Origin: Mobula birostris
Lineage: Eukaryota
DNA: 64,000 nt
Assembly: GCF_030028105.1 (NCBI RefSeq)
Contig: NC_092370.1
Span: 114,478,443 to 114,542,442, forward strand
Reading direction: 5' to 3'
In this document: positions 50,800 through 64,000 of the stretch, piece after piece
How positions within the stretch are numbered: the first letter of the stretch is position 1
Layout: every line of letters starts with the position of its first letter
Program-made: the position numbers and the translations under genes
Notes under the pieces: model-generated
What the model was told of the DNA's origin: nothing
Database searches by the model: none
What the model saw: only the letters and a program-made list of their open reading frames with translations

Positions 50800-53242
50800 C
50801 TATTCAAAGCGGGGAAGGGTATTTGGGATGGTCAAAGTTAAAGACGAGTTTATTGTCAATTGCACATGTGCAATGAAAAACCTACTTGCAGCAGCACCAC
50901 GGGCACGTAGCACCATACCTTAAGGCTGTGTCCCGTATGTACACAGACACTCCATGTAAGCAGTAGAAGAAATCGACTTCACTATCTACCACCTGCCTGC
51001 CCATTCAGTCACCTCCCACCTCGTCCGTGACAGAGTTCGCACATCCCACGTTAAAACCCACAAAACTAGAGTGTAAATGAGATATTCTTGATTCTTAGGG
51101 TCTGTCTGAGAAGTACCAGAGATCATTGGTATATTCATTGTTCAAATCATAATGCACAAAATCTTCAGATTTAGTTCCGGGGCACAGTGTCAAATGGTCA
51201 CTATCAATAATTAAAATTCCGCTTATGACTTCATTTCCATAGGGGTGAGGACTATTTGAGTGGATGTAGGATTTGGAAATGAAGTGCGGGGTAACTCCAG
51301 GGTCCATCTTACTGAATAATCGCAGCACAGCAAGGCCCCTCCTATCAGCACAAGGAGGTACTGAAACAAGTGCTCTGAGAACCAAACATGACTTCATGCA
51401 CAAGAGAAAATCTGCGGATGCTAGAAATCCGAGCAACACACTGCCTGGCCTGCTGAGTTCCTCCAGCATGTTGTGTGTGTTGCTCATGACTTCATGCAGA
51501 AGTCATGCAACACGTGGGTAGAGAGAGAAAGCTCTAATCATATCAGTAGTTAAATAGATCTCAGCAGAAATATTATGTAAAGAAACATTCTGTAAAGAAA
51601 GTCATCATCACATTCAACATGCTCAGAATACCAGATGCAAAATTTGGATGACAGAATTTTCACTGTTCATCGTGGAAATCCTTAGTATATCTCCATATTT
51701 AGATCACTGCGGAAGCTGCTGTCGTCACAGGCTGTCCCTCTGCCCAACACTCTCCTCGTGGCCTTCTATCTACTTTGGCGTCAGCTGTTAATCCTATTTT
51801 CCATCTACAGATGCAACAGTCTCTGCCTCAACCACTCTCTCTAAATAAATTCAGCGCATCAATATTCCTGAGTGTGTAGAATTCTTTCGTAAACACAATC
51901 CCCATGTCACTCCTCTTTCCACCACACAGGTAAGAATTTTATGTTAAAGGCTCGCTGACGTTAATATCTCAGCAGAGGGGATGACCATTCTCCATCAATG
52001 AAGCACCTTGATTAACGTACTTTCTGTGAGAAAGAAGCCAGTTCCAATATCTCCTCTTAGATCTGCTTCCCTAAAGCGAGGGTCCTAGTGAATGGATGTC
52101 ACGTGACCGCCAACACTTTAATATTCTCTGTATACTGAGGCATCCCAAAATTGTTCATAATAGTAGTTAACAAATGCCAGTATCTGTCCTTGATACACCG
52201 TTCCTGACACGTTGTCTCTGATAATCTGTCCTTAACACAATGTCCCTGGTACCCTAATGCCAAAGTTAATATCCTTTCCCTGTAATCCTGTCCATGATAC
52301 CTTTCACTTGATACTCTGATCCTGATATTCTGGATCAGAGACCCCATGTTTGTCACCCTATTCGCTGCTTCCTGCCTTTGCGTCAGTCCCTTATCAATGC
52401 CAATATATTACTTCCATCATGAACTCTTGTGAATTAATCTTTTGTGAGTCACCTTGGCAAACGCCCTCTGGAAGTCTAAATGTTCATCGAAATTTCCACG
52501 AAAAAGCAAATTTATTACCAACAATTTCCCCTTCTTCCCGAGGTGGTGGGCCAGAGGATTCGAACTTTTTTGGATTCAGCAGCATCGAGCTTTAAAAGTT
52601 CACAGGAAAGGAGAAATTTGATTTTGAGAGAAAACATGCATGCAATTTCAAAACGAACAGGATTAGATTTGCTATATAAATAGGAAGGAGGTGGCTAACA
52701 TGAGTGTGGGATATGCACGTAGTTAGAAAGTGGCTGGACATTTTGGAAATGAGGTTGGTGAATTTTAAAACAAGAATCTATATAAATAGGTTCTTGTTTA
52801 AAAGTTCACGTTATTGACAAATACAGATACGTTAAATTAATTTTTACATCAGCTTTCACCGTGGAGGACACTGCAGATATAGGTAAATTAATATCGCCTA
52901 GCTACTAATACAACAAACATGGGGGGGGGGGTTGTTGTGCTGTATATGGTGTTGGTGATACCTCACCTGGAGTAATGCGTACAGTTTCGGTTTCCTCACC
53001 TAAGAAAACATAGACACATTGTAGGACATCCAAAGGAGGTTCACCAGGCGTGCCCTACCAAGAAAGACTAAACCGTTCGGGCCTCTATTCCTTAGGGAAT
53101 GAAGAGTGGCCTTATTCAACCATGTACGATCCAAGGGAGATCGATGGGCGGATGCTCAGATATTGCCGCTCGCAGGAGGGTCACAAAGGGCCTTAAGTTA
53201 CAACAGAAAGAAACGGCCATTGAAAATTGAGTTCTGTAGAAT

Positions 53243-53246
<4 letters not shown>

Positions 53247-53299
<53 letters not shown>

Positions 53300-53308
53300 C
53301 TATCTCTC
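53247..53308. repeat. Compound microsatellite (TC)n(TATC)n
   Basis: Seen directly in the sequence. Confidence 0.95.
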
Positions 53309-53779
53309 TTAAACGATAGTAAATCTATGAAACTCTTTTCCTCTGAGGGTAGTGGAGCCCGGATCATTCGATATATTTGAATTAGAGAATATCAGTAGTT
53401 TGTGAACTATCTGTGCCGCGATTTTAAACCCGGTCTGATTAGGGTCACATCACGCTCCGGCACAATTCAACCCCGAACCCAAATGTAATAATTCATAAAC
53501 ACGTTTATTAATGTTGGTTGTAAATCTCTGTGTGATTGCGATGAGGCTGGGAGTTACAACTGGGTGGAGGTGTCCGGGTCGTGCTTTTTTGATAAATATT
53601 GATGAAAGAATAACCGATCACCTCGAGTGAAAGTCTTTACTGGTTTATCAGAAGCTCGGAGCTCAAAACAACCCAACCTTAGACAACTGGGCCCGGTTTC
53701 GCTTTACAGGGATAGTTTCCTGGCTCCCTGCCCCTGTCGGGGTGCTACAGAAATGTAACTCTCATCACATTCCCGCAGT

Positions 53780-54650
53780 CTCCAGGTTTCATGAGTTGGG
53801 AAGGTAGACGGTTGGGGATGTGGATCTGTGTGGATAGAGAGGATCGGGGATGGGACGGGATTGCTGAGACGAAGGGTCCCGGGTCGCGGCTCCGGTGGGT
53901 TCTCTGTCCCCGGCACCTCCCGCGCCGCCTGTTTGTTGACGCGCTGGTGCGAGTTTTCACAGCAGTTCCTGTGGATAAAGCAGCCTCCCCGCCCCACCCG
54001 CACTCCGTCTCTCGCCGCCCGCCTGCCGTGTGTGACCGGGACTCGCTCTCTGCCCGCCGGGCTCTCGTCGATGGCTCCACGCTCGCACTCTCCCTCGCTT
54101 ACTGTGGTCTGCTTTCTCCTCGCCTGCGGCGCCAGGGTCCGAGCGCACGGTCAGTTCTCACCTTTATCGAGCACAGTGCGTTTGTAAGCAGCAAGATCGC
54201 TGCGCGCAGACAAATGACACGGCGCTCAGCAGCGGCTGGGCAGTGGGAGCTTGGCCGTGGGGTGGGCCCGTCAGATCAGTTATTGCTGCACAGGTGCCGA
54301 GAGCCCGTAAGTCGCCGTGGATCCTTCGCCTCCTCTCCCCGCCGGCTCGCCGGCCGCTCTTCTGAGTCCGTGTCTTTCACTCGCTGGAAACAGGCTCTCG
54401 ACCCCGAACCCCAATGGTTCAGGCTGCTTCTGTTCCGTCACCTCTCCGGGAATGAGCGGCGTATGGGGTCCGCAAACCGGTCGTCAACTCAAGGGCAGTG
54501 TTCGCGATACAACCGTTGCAGGAAAGAAATTCAACGTGCTTTCACAGCCAACCCCCTCCCCCTCCCCTCCCCTCCCCGAGTAACGGCGGCTGCTCCTATT
54601 TCCCAACATCGTTACAAATATCCACTCCTTGGATAAAATACTGACCCGAT
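53780..54650. promoter_or_regulatory. CpG island spanning the SUSD5 promoter and first exon
   Basis: Dense CpG and high GC content around the first coding exon. Confidence 0.75.
54071..54149 (+). CDS. SUSD5: SUSD5 coding exon 1 (signal peptide)
   Basis: MAPRSHSPSLTVVCFLLACGARVRAH with a phase-1 GTCAGT donor, in phase with the next exon. The VRA-x-G ending resembles recalled human SUSD5 VRADG. Confidence 0.75.
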
Positions 54651-55884
54651 ACTGACCCGACGAAAGCGCTATCTCTGCTTCTCTCCCTAGAAATAGTCCC
54701 GGAATATTTCACCGGCCCCTGAACATCCTCTTCGGATCCTGCTGATGTTGGTAATACAAATCCTAGGACGCAGATCGCCCAGACCTCGGAAACCCCGCCG
54801 CCTTTCCTGCTTTTAAGACTGTACCGTCATTCACCGAGCCCCGGCCTGTGAAGTGAGCCCCTTAAATCCAAGCCTAGTTCTCGCCCATCAGCAACCCCCC
54901 CCCAAGTCTGCTCTTTCAGTTGAATACCCGCCCCCCCCCCGCCCGGAGTTTCACATCCTTCTACCCTTGAATTAGGATTTCCTGACGTCACCCGTGAGCT
55001 GCCCTTTCTGATCTCACCGTTCCCCTATTTCTTCCCTGTCATCTCATACACACAGCACAACGTTCAGCTAGTCCTAGTCCTTTGTCAGGGGGTTCCAGAC
55101 CTGGAGGACTGCCCTGAACCCATAACTTAATCTTTTATTCCCGGAATGTGTAGACAGGTCTTTCAGATCATGCTTGTGTTTTAATACAAACTTTTGTCAC
55201 AAATCAGAATAAGGTAGGGATAAATTTCAAATCTTTCTGGTCAGAATCGACTTAAGTTATACTAAGTTCCGGGTATTTCTAAATACGCAATGGGGGGGGG
55301 GGAGAAAGCAAATTTAATAAAAACTTGGAGATCTCTAACCTGTTGGTAACTCGTATCACCACCGAGTTTGATTTCGGCCATCGTACTGTGCTGTTAACTC
55401 CTTGTTATGTCACCGTGTTATTTTGGACCTTTTGTAGATTACAACATCACAGGCGACCGATAAACTTTGCCAGTGAACTAAAAGGACTTGCAGCGTCTTT
55501 CGTGGCCAAAGGGTCACTGATGTGTACTATTTTTCTGTGATCTGAGCACTCGTGTTTTAGTGTTGTGTGGCTTGATTTAATCTGAAAAGTGCGGCGGGAA
55601 GACGCTTTATGTGGGCCTGAGAGGCCAGACACGGCCTTGCTGTAGCCCCGTGTTCAACAGCGCTCCAGAGCACTCCCCTCCTCTCCGGGCTGCGGGGACT
55701 GCAGTAAACGTCCCAAACTAACTTACTGTAGGACTGAACCCCCAACCTCTGAATCACAAAATTAGGTAATAGCTGAAAATACCTTTATTTTAAAAAGAAT
55801 AAAAATTGTAAAAGCAAACACGATTATTTGATGATTACATTTTGATTGGCCCGCTGGTTGCTGAGTCAGACACGCAAACTATGA

Positions 55885-56390
55885 TGGAACAAAAGGTGCT
55901 AAAATCAGGCAGGAATATGATGAGAATGACCAGGGGGACTTAGACACTGCATGGGGAGGAACCCCACCCTGTAGACAGTTGGGCCAATTCTTTGTTTCTT
56001 GGCTGTAATGTCATTTTTCAAAAATAAAATACCTTCGCAGCGGAAAGACAGAGACGTGAGAGTAGAAACACAGACATTCAGCATGGAAACAACCTCCTCC
56101 CCAACTTGTCCATGCTGACCGATATGCCCAACTATGCTAATCCCATTTGCCCACATTTACCCCAGATCCCTCCAAATCTTTCCTTTCGATGTAGCTGTCT
56201 AAGTGTCTTTTAAATATTGCTAATGTACCTATTTTAACTACCACCTCTAGGAGCTCGTTCCATGTACGCACCACCCCCTGCTTGACGAAGTTGCCCATCA
56301 AGAACCTTTTAGAGTTAATTTTCATGGCATTTATACCATGGGCGTGTATGCCCACAACAATAAACTTGAACTAAGTCTTGTCTTCCCCTC
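55885..56390 (-). mobile_element. CR1 3' fragment in SUSD5 intron 1
   Basis: NFVKQGVVRTWNEL...FKRHLDSY...GKWD C-terminal motif. Confidence 0.75.
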
Positions 56391-56908
56391 ACGCCCTCTA
56401 GTTTCTGGCTCTCTGTCCTTGGAAATTTTCACGCAGAGTGACCGTGAGCGAAAGTGATGCCTGACTGAGGATCAGAAAGGAACACGAGTCGCTTCATAGG
56501 ACTTCAGCTCCTGACTGAGATTAGGAACAGGGATCACTTGACCTTAACCCATCACTGCTTTTATTTTGAGCAATTTATGTTCTTCTAAAGCAAAGACGGC
56601 AAGCCAATGGCAAAGCTTCTTGTGAATGAAGAAAGAGAAATAGGATTTAAAAAGAGAGCTTGAAAAATGTCAGAAGGGTCGGTGTTGGGTAGAGGGTTGG
56701 AGCTCGAAAGACGGGGTTGGTACTACACAGGGAGTTGGAGATGGACTGAGATGTTGGAGCTAGGAAGAAGGCTGGTGCTGAACAGAGGGGTTGCAGTTAG
56801 AAAGAGGTTTGAAGTTGGACAGAGGGGTTGGGTTTTGAACTTGGGAACTAATCTCAGTAAAGTCATGGATGCGTAAAGGGACATAACTTTGTATTTCTTG
56901 TGACACAG

Positions 56909-57086
56909 GGAGAATGTTTGTGCTCCATGCAAGGGATGAGAACATGCAGTGGGACATGTCTACAGCCGAGGGCTTGTGCATGGAGCAGGGAGCACATCTG
57001 GCCACGGCTGAAGAGCTGCAGAGATCTGTGGAGGAGTGTGCGTTCATGGAATGTACCACTGGCTGGATAGCAGGCAACCAGATCGG
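56909..57086 (+). CDS. SUSD5: SUSD5 coding exon 2 (Link domain, N-terminal part), 178 nt
   Basis: CAG acceptor and GTAAGA donor. Peptide GRMFVLH...LCMEQGAHLATAEELQRSVEECAFMECTTGWIAG is a Link-module pattern matching recalled SUSD5. Confidence 0.9.
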
Positions 57087-60000
57087 GTAAGATCTCGAAC
57101 TTTCAGATCGGTTCCCCTGACCCCACATAACACTTGTTTCAAAGGTTAGTCAGGGGTGGATGGGGAGTGACCAGGGGTGAAGAAAGAGCCAAGCAATATC
57201 CAGTCAATGGGACAAGGATTGTGGGGAATGCAAGGGCTCGGACGTGTGATCTCTGAAGAGCTTCGGTCCATCCGTCACCAATGTATTCGTGTAAAATCAA
57301 GAGTCACATGATTTTAGCTTCCTCCTGAGATCCCAGCATCATAAAAAACAGACTCCGGCCAATTTCACTTACTAAGTAATGTCAGCAAGCAGCTGAGAAT
57401 ACTGGATACAGCAAACGCTATGTGAAGATACAACATCCCAGGTGCACTAGAACTAGCTGCGCCTCTGTCCAAATTGTTCCTGTATGGTTATTAATCTAAC
57501 AATATGGAAAATTACAAAGAAATATCCTATTCACAAAAAAATGAACAACCCAATCAGTCTATTTTATTATCCGCAGAGATGGAAAGCGTAATGGACAGTG
57601 AAATCAAGCAGCATTTGCTCACTAGTAACTTGCTCGCTAGTGTTCAGACCTCATCACAACCTTGGTCCAATTGGTAACCAAAGATCTGAGTCTCAGAGTT
57701 GAGTGGAGAGTGACAGCCTTTTAAGCAACGTTTAAACAAGTGTGGCATGAAGGAGCCCTGGTAACGTTAATAATCATCAAAGGTCATGATAGCTGCAGGA
57801 GTTTACTGTACAAGTTCCCTAGAGCAGACGCCTCAGCCCATCCGTTTCCAGCCACTTCGTCAATCAGACAGTCAAAAACGGGATGCCCACTGATGTTGCA
57901 CAGTCTTCAATTCCATTCAAAACTCCTTAGCAAATAAAGCAGCAGTGATGTGCGATGGGCATACATTAATGCATAGCAGTGCATCAGGTGGTTGCATTAA
58001 TGCATCACCAGCAACGTGGCATGGTCATTTTCCAGTGTGTGAACCATGCATAAGAATGAATATGTGCTGTAACCATGTGGTGGCTGAGGTGTGAGGAAGC
58101 AGAGTTGAGCACATTTGCTTTAATTGAAGAGACACTGTATCATTGTTCACATTACAAAGCTGACTAGTTGTGGATTAGTAAATGCTGAAAGGAAGAGAGG
58201 AGCAGCTTGTTATCCAGTCTCAGCCCAATGTGTTTCACTGAGTCAACACTCACCAGTTTATCAGAGAAGTGTCAATTTGCTCATTAGTATTTAGATGCCA
58301 TCTGAAGATATTTTGAAGCGTAAAACACCACTGACACTTTTATTGATCCTGTGACTGTTAAAGTGACTCACTGACATGTCAATTCCGTCTCATATATTCC
58401 TGCAACATGTCTGTCATTATGTCTTCAGTCCAGACATGTTATTTAAGTAATGGGAAATAAGCTCATTTTTAGATTTAATTGCCTGCCCAGTGTCATGGTA
58501 GAGTATTAGATATAAACAATTTTGTTCTCCCAGTACTATTATCAGTATGAAATGGAATCAAATTCAAAGCAGAGCATAACTGTAGTTTCCATTACTTATC
58601 ACAGGTTGTGCTCTTGCCTTGACAAAAACTTTTTCTTAATTTTTGTTAACTTGTGCGCAATTGACTATATTTATTGTAAAATAAAATGGTGACATTTCAT
58701 TCTGCCAAGGCTGGAAAGATCTTCTCAAGGCTCTAAAGTTGATTGGACATTTTCTTTACCTGTTAGGTGTTGAAAGCCTCCAGGAAAGCAGATCTAGAAG
58801 ATGACTAAAGGATTATCTTACTTCTCAGCCCCAATATCTTGAAAGCATTTCTGTTACTACCTGGCTACCTGACAATATCGCTTTGTCAGGTTATAAGTGA
58901 TTCTGGGCTGTGTATGAGTGCATCCAGTCTGACCCATCTCTGGTCAGCCAGTCTCATTCCACAATGGATGAAGTGCCTTTGTTCTCAGGGGCCAAGCTGA
59001 TTCTCATCTCAGTCACATTTTACGTTTCTTCAACTTGCCTTTGCTTCTTTTAGAAATAACTTTAGTTCTCTTGTGACGTACATTTCTGCCAAAAGAAACA
59101 TTGTTGCTTGTTCATTCCATGGAAACTATCCCAGATTTTGAACTGGATTGTGTAGTGAAAGTTCGAGAGTGGCAGTGAATAAATCTGATGGTCCTTCACT
59201 CCTGCCAGTTGTGTCAGGTCCAGTCAGACTGAATAGCCGAATAGTTTCTTGGGAAGAAAATCAACAAGGAATGAAAAAATACAAACAGCTGAACTAGACA
59301 CCAGGGGCTTGGAGATGCTGGGATGGTAACTGCTCACCATGAGGTTAGCAAAGAATGTGGAGAGTCAGGATGAGGGTCTAGCCAGTGGTGGTGGGACTGG
59401 CAGGCGAGTGGTTGTAGTTATGCAGGACAGGTACAAGCTGGAAAAATTATTCTTACATCTGTCAAGTTCTGATAAGTCTGAAAATGACAAAACAATTTTG
59501 GAACAGTGAACTTCAGCCCCTGCACCTCCTCAGAACTGATCTACACCTTTCTGTAGCCTGTGTGGCAGAAGGGACTTTCCATATTCATCTCTGGAAAGTC
59601 ATGCCCTTAAGCCGGAAAGAAAGCCCCTAGCCTCATCTCGTACCCGCAGACTGATGGGATTTCTAGGATTCTCTGCTGCAGCACATGATGGAGGATGGAA
59701 AGGTTCTGATAAGGGGTCTCCACCTGAAATGTCAACTGTTTACTGTTTTCCTTAGATGCTGCCTGGCCTGCTGAGTTCCTCCAGCATTTTGTGTGTAGTA
59801 CTATTCCCACCTTGCTTCCCTGTATCTCTCCCACCTATACCAAGAATATTTTATAGCGGCCACGGGTATGGCTTTGGGATGTGGGAGGAAATCAAAGGTC
59901 AGGAATTAGTTGAAGTGTATTTTTATTTTTAATTTACAGATGCAGCATGGTAACAGGCCCTTCTGGGCCAACGAACCCACGCTGCCCAGTTACACCCACG

Positions 60001-60312
60001 TGACCAGTTAACCTACAAACCCGTACATCTTTGGGATGCAGGAAAAAACCAGAGCAAGTGGAAGAAATCCACATGGTTATGGGGTGAACATACAAACTCC
60101 TTATAGACAGAGACTGGAATTGAACCCGAATCACTGGTACTGTCATAGCATTACGCTAACTGCTACTCTGCCAAGTCACCCCTTAGTTGCATGCAGCCTG
60201 TGAAAGACAACTTTAAAATAAAAAATATATAGATATTTTAATGCAAGTTAGTGCTCATTTTCATTTCAAACTACACCAGGTCACTGATGAAATGTCATTC
60301 TGTTTCACTCAG

Positions 60313-60428
60313 GACGATTATGTGCAGTAACATGGGCTTCGTTCAACAAGAAACCCAAAGTATCCATGTGAAAACTGAACCAGCTTCTTCAGGCGGTCAG
60401 TATGATGCCTTCTGCATTAAAGACAAAG
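60313..60428 (+). CDS. SUSD5: SUSD5 coding exon 3 (Link domain, C-terminal part), 116 nt
   Basis: CAG acceptor and GTTAGT donor, phase 2 to phase 1. Peptide TIMCSNMG...GGQYDAFCIKDK. Confidence 0.9.
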
Positions 60429-63113
60429 GTTAGTGCTACATTTAATTGGGAACAGCTTCTATATTTCCAGGGGATATTTTTGAAATGGACAGAGGGAACA
60501 CAGAGCACTACAAATAAATTCAGGTTGTTCTGAGCTAAGCTGAGAGCCAGAACTTGTGTTGTACTAGGATTGAGGTAGAACTTCTGTGCTTTCAGACCTC
60601 AAGGCTGACAAGCCTAGGGCTGGTTAGAAATAAGACAAAATCTGAAATCAAGTGTCTACTTGAGCTGCCATGTGAGGCTAATCAGAAAACATCAGGGTTT
60701 AGAAATTAATTCCATTAACTAAAATGTTTTCTGTAAATGAACTAGATCTCACTTTTACTTTGAAAATGCCTTACTGATAGTTTTCAGTTAAATCAACAGG
60801 GCTGTGGAAGGTTGTATGGAGTCCCTGCTGATATGGGACTGGGTCTTAGGAGAACAACTAACCTCCATAAGAAGCAGCACAGAGTCAGTGGAGTTCAGGG
60901 TTAAAAAGGAAGAGCAGGTGGTGCAAACTTGCTGAGTTCCCTTGCATTTAGCAGACTGGGTCCAATTGAGATGCTTCAATGCTGAAAGGTTTGATATGGT
61001 AGGTAGAGAAGAAAGAACAGAGACTATTGTTCAATGGAGGGAGGCCACTTTGCATAAGATTTCAGAATACAGATGAGACAAAGTCCATTACAAACAGCAG
61101 GACATTTGAGGCATTTCACCTCAGGGAGGAATGTTGGTAAGTGTTGGGGTAGGGGTTGGGTTTTGCGGCAGAGTGGTGGGTATATGATAAGTTTAGAGCT
61201 ATGCTGTTTGTCTGTGAAATCAGAGGCAATGATCACACACGTTGGAGAACTCCTTCACTCCAAAGGCCATTAAAGCTGGGAATTTGTTGGGAGATTTCAT
61301 TCTGAAAATTATAGGTTTTGTTGGATCAGAGCTTGAGAATTTATGAAAATGATTGGTTCCATGGATCTGGTTGCAGAGATGTCCAGATCTAATTGAATAT
61401 GGAGCATACCTGAGACACACGTCCAAGTCAAAATGGTGTGCATCTAGGGGGTGAACCAATAGTGGGAATGCCCTCAAACACCTTCTGCTCTTTGTCCCTC
61501 CTGGTGTTAGAGATCACAACTTTGGGAAGTGCTGCTGATGGTTGGGAGGTGATTGACTGAGGCTGCTGCACACTGCCAGCATGATGTGCTGGTGGAGAAA
61601 ATAAACATTCAGACCAGTGAATGGGTGCCGAACAAATGGTTAACTTTGTGCTGTATTGTGCTGATGTCCCAAGGTCTCTTGTTACCAGTGAATTGGAACA
61701 TGTCTCAGATCACTGCTGTACTGCTTTATTAAAGTGAGGGAATAGTCTGCACAAAATTCACACCCAATACTTCATCAGAGATAAAATTTCAATGCAGAAA
61801 AGAAATAAAAAGAAAATAACTTATTGGTAGAAATTTTGGCAGAGAAATTTGTTTGCCCCTTTGCTGTGTGTTAGACTAGTACTGTGGGTCACTCTGTTGC
61901 TACAGTCACACAAAGACTGAGAACTTTCAATGTGAGACACACAGCTGCACCTCGGGTTTAATTGTCTGACACTGAACTCAAACTCAACTTATTGATGTTT
62001 TACAAGTTCTGTCAATTTTACTGTGCTACAAAGCAAGTGCAATCATTCCAGGCTGTTCAAGAAGGGACATTCTGCTGTTCAAGCAGCATTCTTCCAGCCA
62101 CTGAGAGTGATGCCAACAAGTTATGAATGGTGAAACAATGGGAGGAGGTAGGTGAGTATTCCTGCATGGGCTGTTAAAGATCAAAACCCGCAGGATTCCT
62201 TGTGTGAGGGTGTCACAAAAAAACCTTACAGGCCCATCACTAGTTAACTGGGCAGCTGATTAACTGGGAGCCATTAGGACATCTCAGGGAAGTCTGTAAT
62301 GGAGGACAATTCCCATTCCCATTATGTGAAGTGAATGAAAAGTACAGGAATTTGGCTTTCATTGTTTGAGGTTTGGGTGACCTCCCGTAATTCAGCAGCG
62401 AGCATCAAACTGAGATGTGGCTGTGATCAGGTGCAGCCTGGAGTGATCCTGAAGCTGGGAATCTGATAACCGTGACCTTGTCCTCCATGGGCAGAGGTGT
62501 AAAAGCAACATGTGTGAAGCTGTATTTGAGGCAGTTACAACCTGTAAACCTCACTAACAAAACTATTGCACGTTGGCTCTTTAAGCATTGTTTTCTGGGA
62601 ACCAGGGTTTGTAAAGGCTGACTGTTTTGTCACTAAGTAAAAACTTTACTTTTCAGATCAGTGAAGTTGAACATTTCACTGCAAATGAAGTTTGGTATTC
62701 CATTGGCAATGATGTCATTTGACTTACCACCAGGAATAAAATGTGAGGCAAAGCAACATATTTGCTGAACATTGAGAGGATAAGTTCCTTGCAAACACTC
62801 AAAGAGAGAGTGGAGAGAGAAAATTAGTTTATATGTAGATTTCTCATTTCCATACTCCAGAAAGGAGGCACTCTCAGCTCTGAGTTCCTACCTACAATAT
62901 AATGTCTTTCTACAGATTATTTCATTTGAGGTAAATTCATTTATAATATTGGCTTATGATTTTCCTGCCCAATGTTTCACAGTGGTATCTTGCGTGTCTA
63001 AGCTTCATAACCACTGATTAAACCATAGGTTAGAGTAGTCACTTACAGTGAGGCATGGCCGAAACCTGACATTGGGATAAAAATGACCTATGAATATTTC
63101 ATTAATTTTGTAA

Positions 63114-63715
<602 letters not shown>

Positions 63716-63721
63716 CTGAAT

Positions 63722-64000
63722 TCAATTGAATTGAATTGACTTTATGTCTTACATCCCCCATATACATGAGGAGTAAAAATCTTTATGTCTCTGTCTAAAT
63801 GTGCAATGTGCAATCATGGGAATTTAAAATAATTTGTAATAAATAGAACAGTCAATGTAATATAGAGTACACTCAAATCAGTGTGAGTTCATCAGTCTGG
63901 TGGAAGCAGCTGTCCCGAAGCCTGTTGGTCCTGGTTTTTATGCTGCGGTACAGCTTCCTGGATGGTAGCAGCTGGAATAGATTGTGGTTGGGATGACCTA
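63722..64000 (-). mobile_element. Rex1-type LINE 3' end
   Basis: (ATTGA)n tail followed by gaagcagctgtcccgaagcctgttggtcc...ggtagcagctggaatag, similar to the Rex1 3' region. Confidence 0.65.

Noticed and set aside
53531-53769. Small LTR-like segment with TGTGAT...ATCACA ends
   Set aside because: No target-site duplication.
53791-54636. 281-aa ORF across the CpG island
   Set aside because: It is a GC-rich stop-poor artefact; the phase-compatible SUSD5 signal-peptide exon is in another frame.
54983-54990. TGACGTCA as the promoter of another V gene
   Set aside because: No leader or V exon follows on the minus strand; it lies in SUSD5 intron 1.

Overview
This is vertebrate genomic DNA, inferred from its repeat families and V-gene style to be a cartilaginous fish, probably a ray. 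The left part (about 1.9-25 kb, minus strand) is the V cluster of a T-cell receptor gamma locus. It holds four V segments with split leaders, YYCAxW ends and 23/22-bp RSSs. V2 has lost its leader ATG. V3 and V4 arose by tandem duplication of a cassette of about 5.5 kb. A hidden V pseudogene at 17.8-18.1 kb is unusually short in the FR2-CDR2 region, and a possible second V relic lies at 45.1-45.4 kb. No J or C segment is in the window; they should lie to the left. The right part (54-63.3 kb, plus strand) holds coding exons 1-4 of SUSD5 (signal peptide, Link domain, Sushi domain), head-to-head with the TRG cluster. The remainder is mostly transposable elements: CR1 LINEs (one near-intact, 4.27 kb), Rex1/Babar LINE fragments, Penelope-like fragments with hammerhead-type motifs, tRNA-derived SINEs, three solo LTRs with TSDs, and a rearranged Sleeping Beauty-type Tc1 element. 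All alignments and counts were done by eye. Family assignments rest on recalled motifs, not database searches. TE boundaries without a TSD are approximate.
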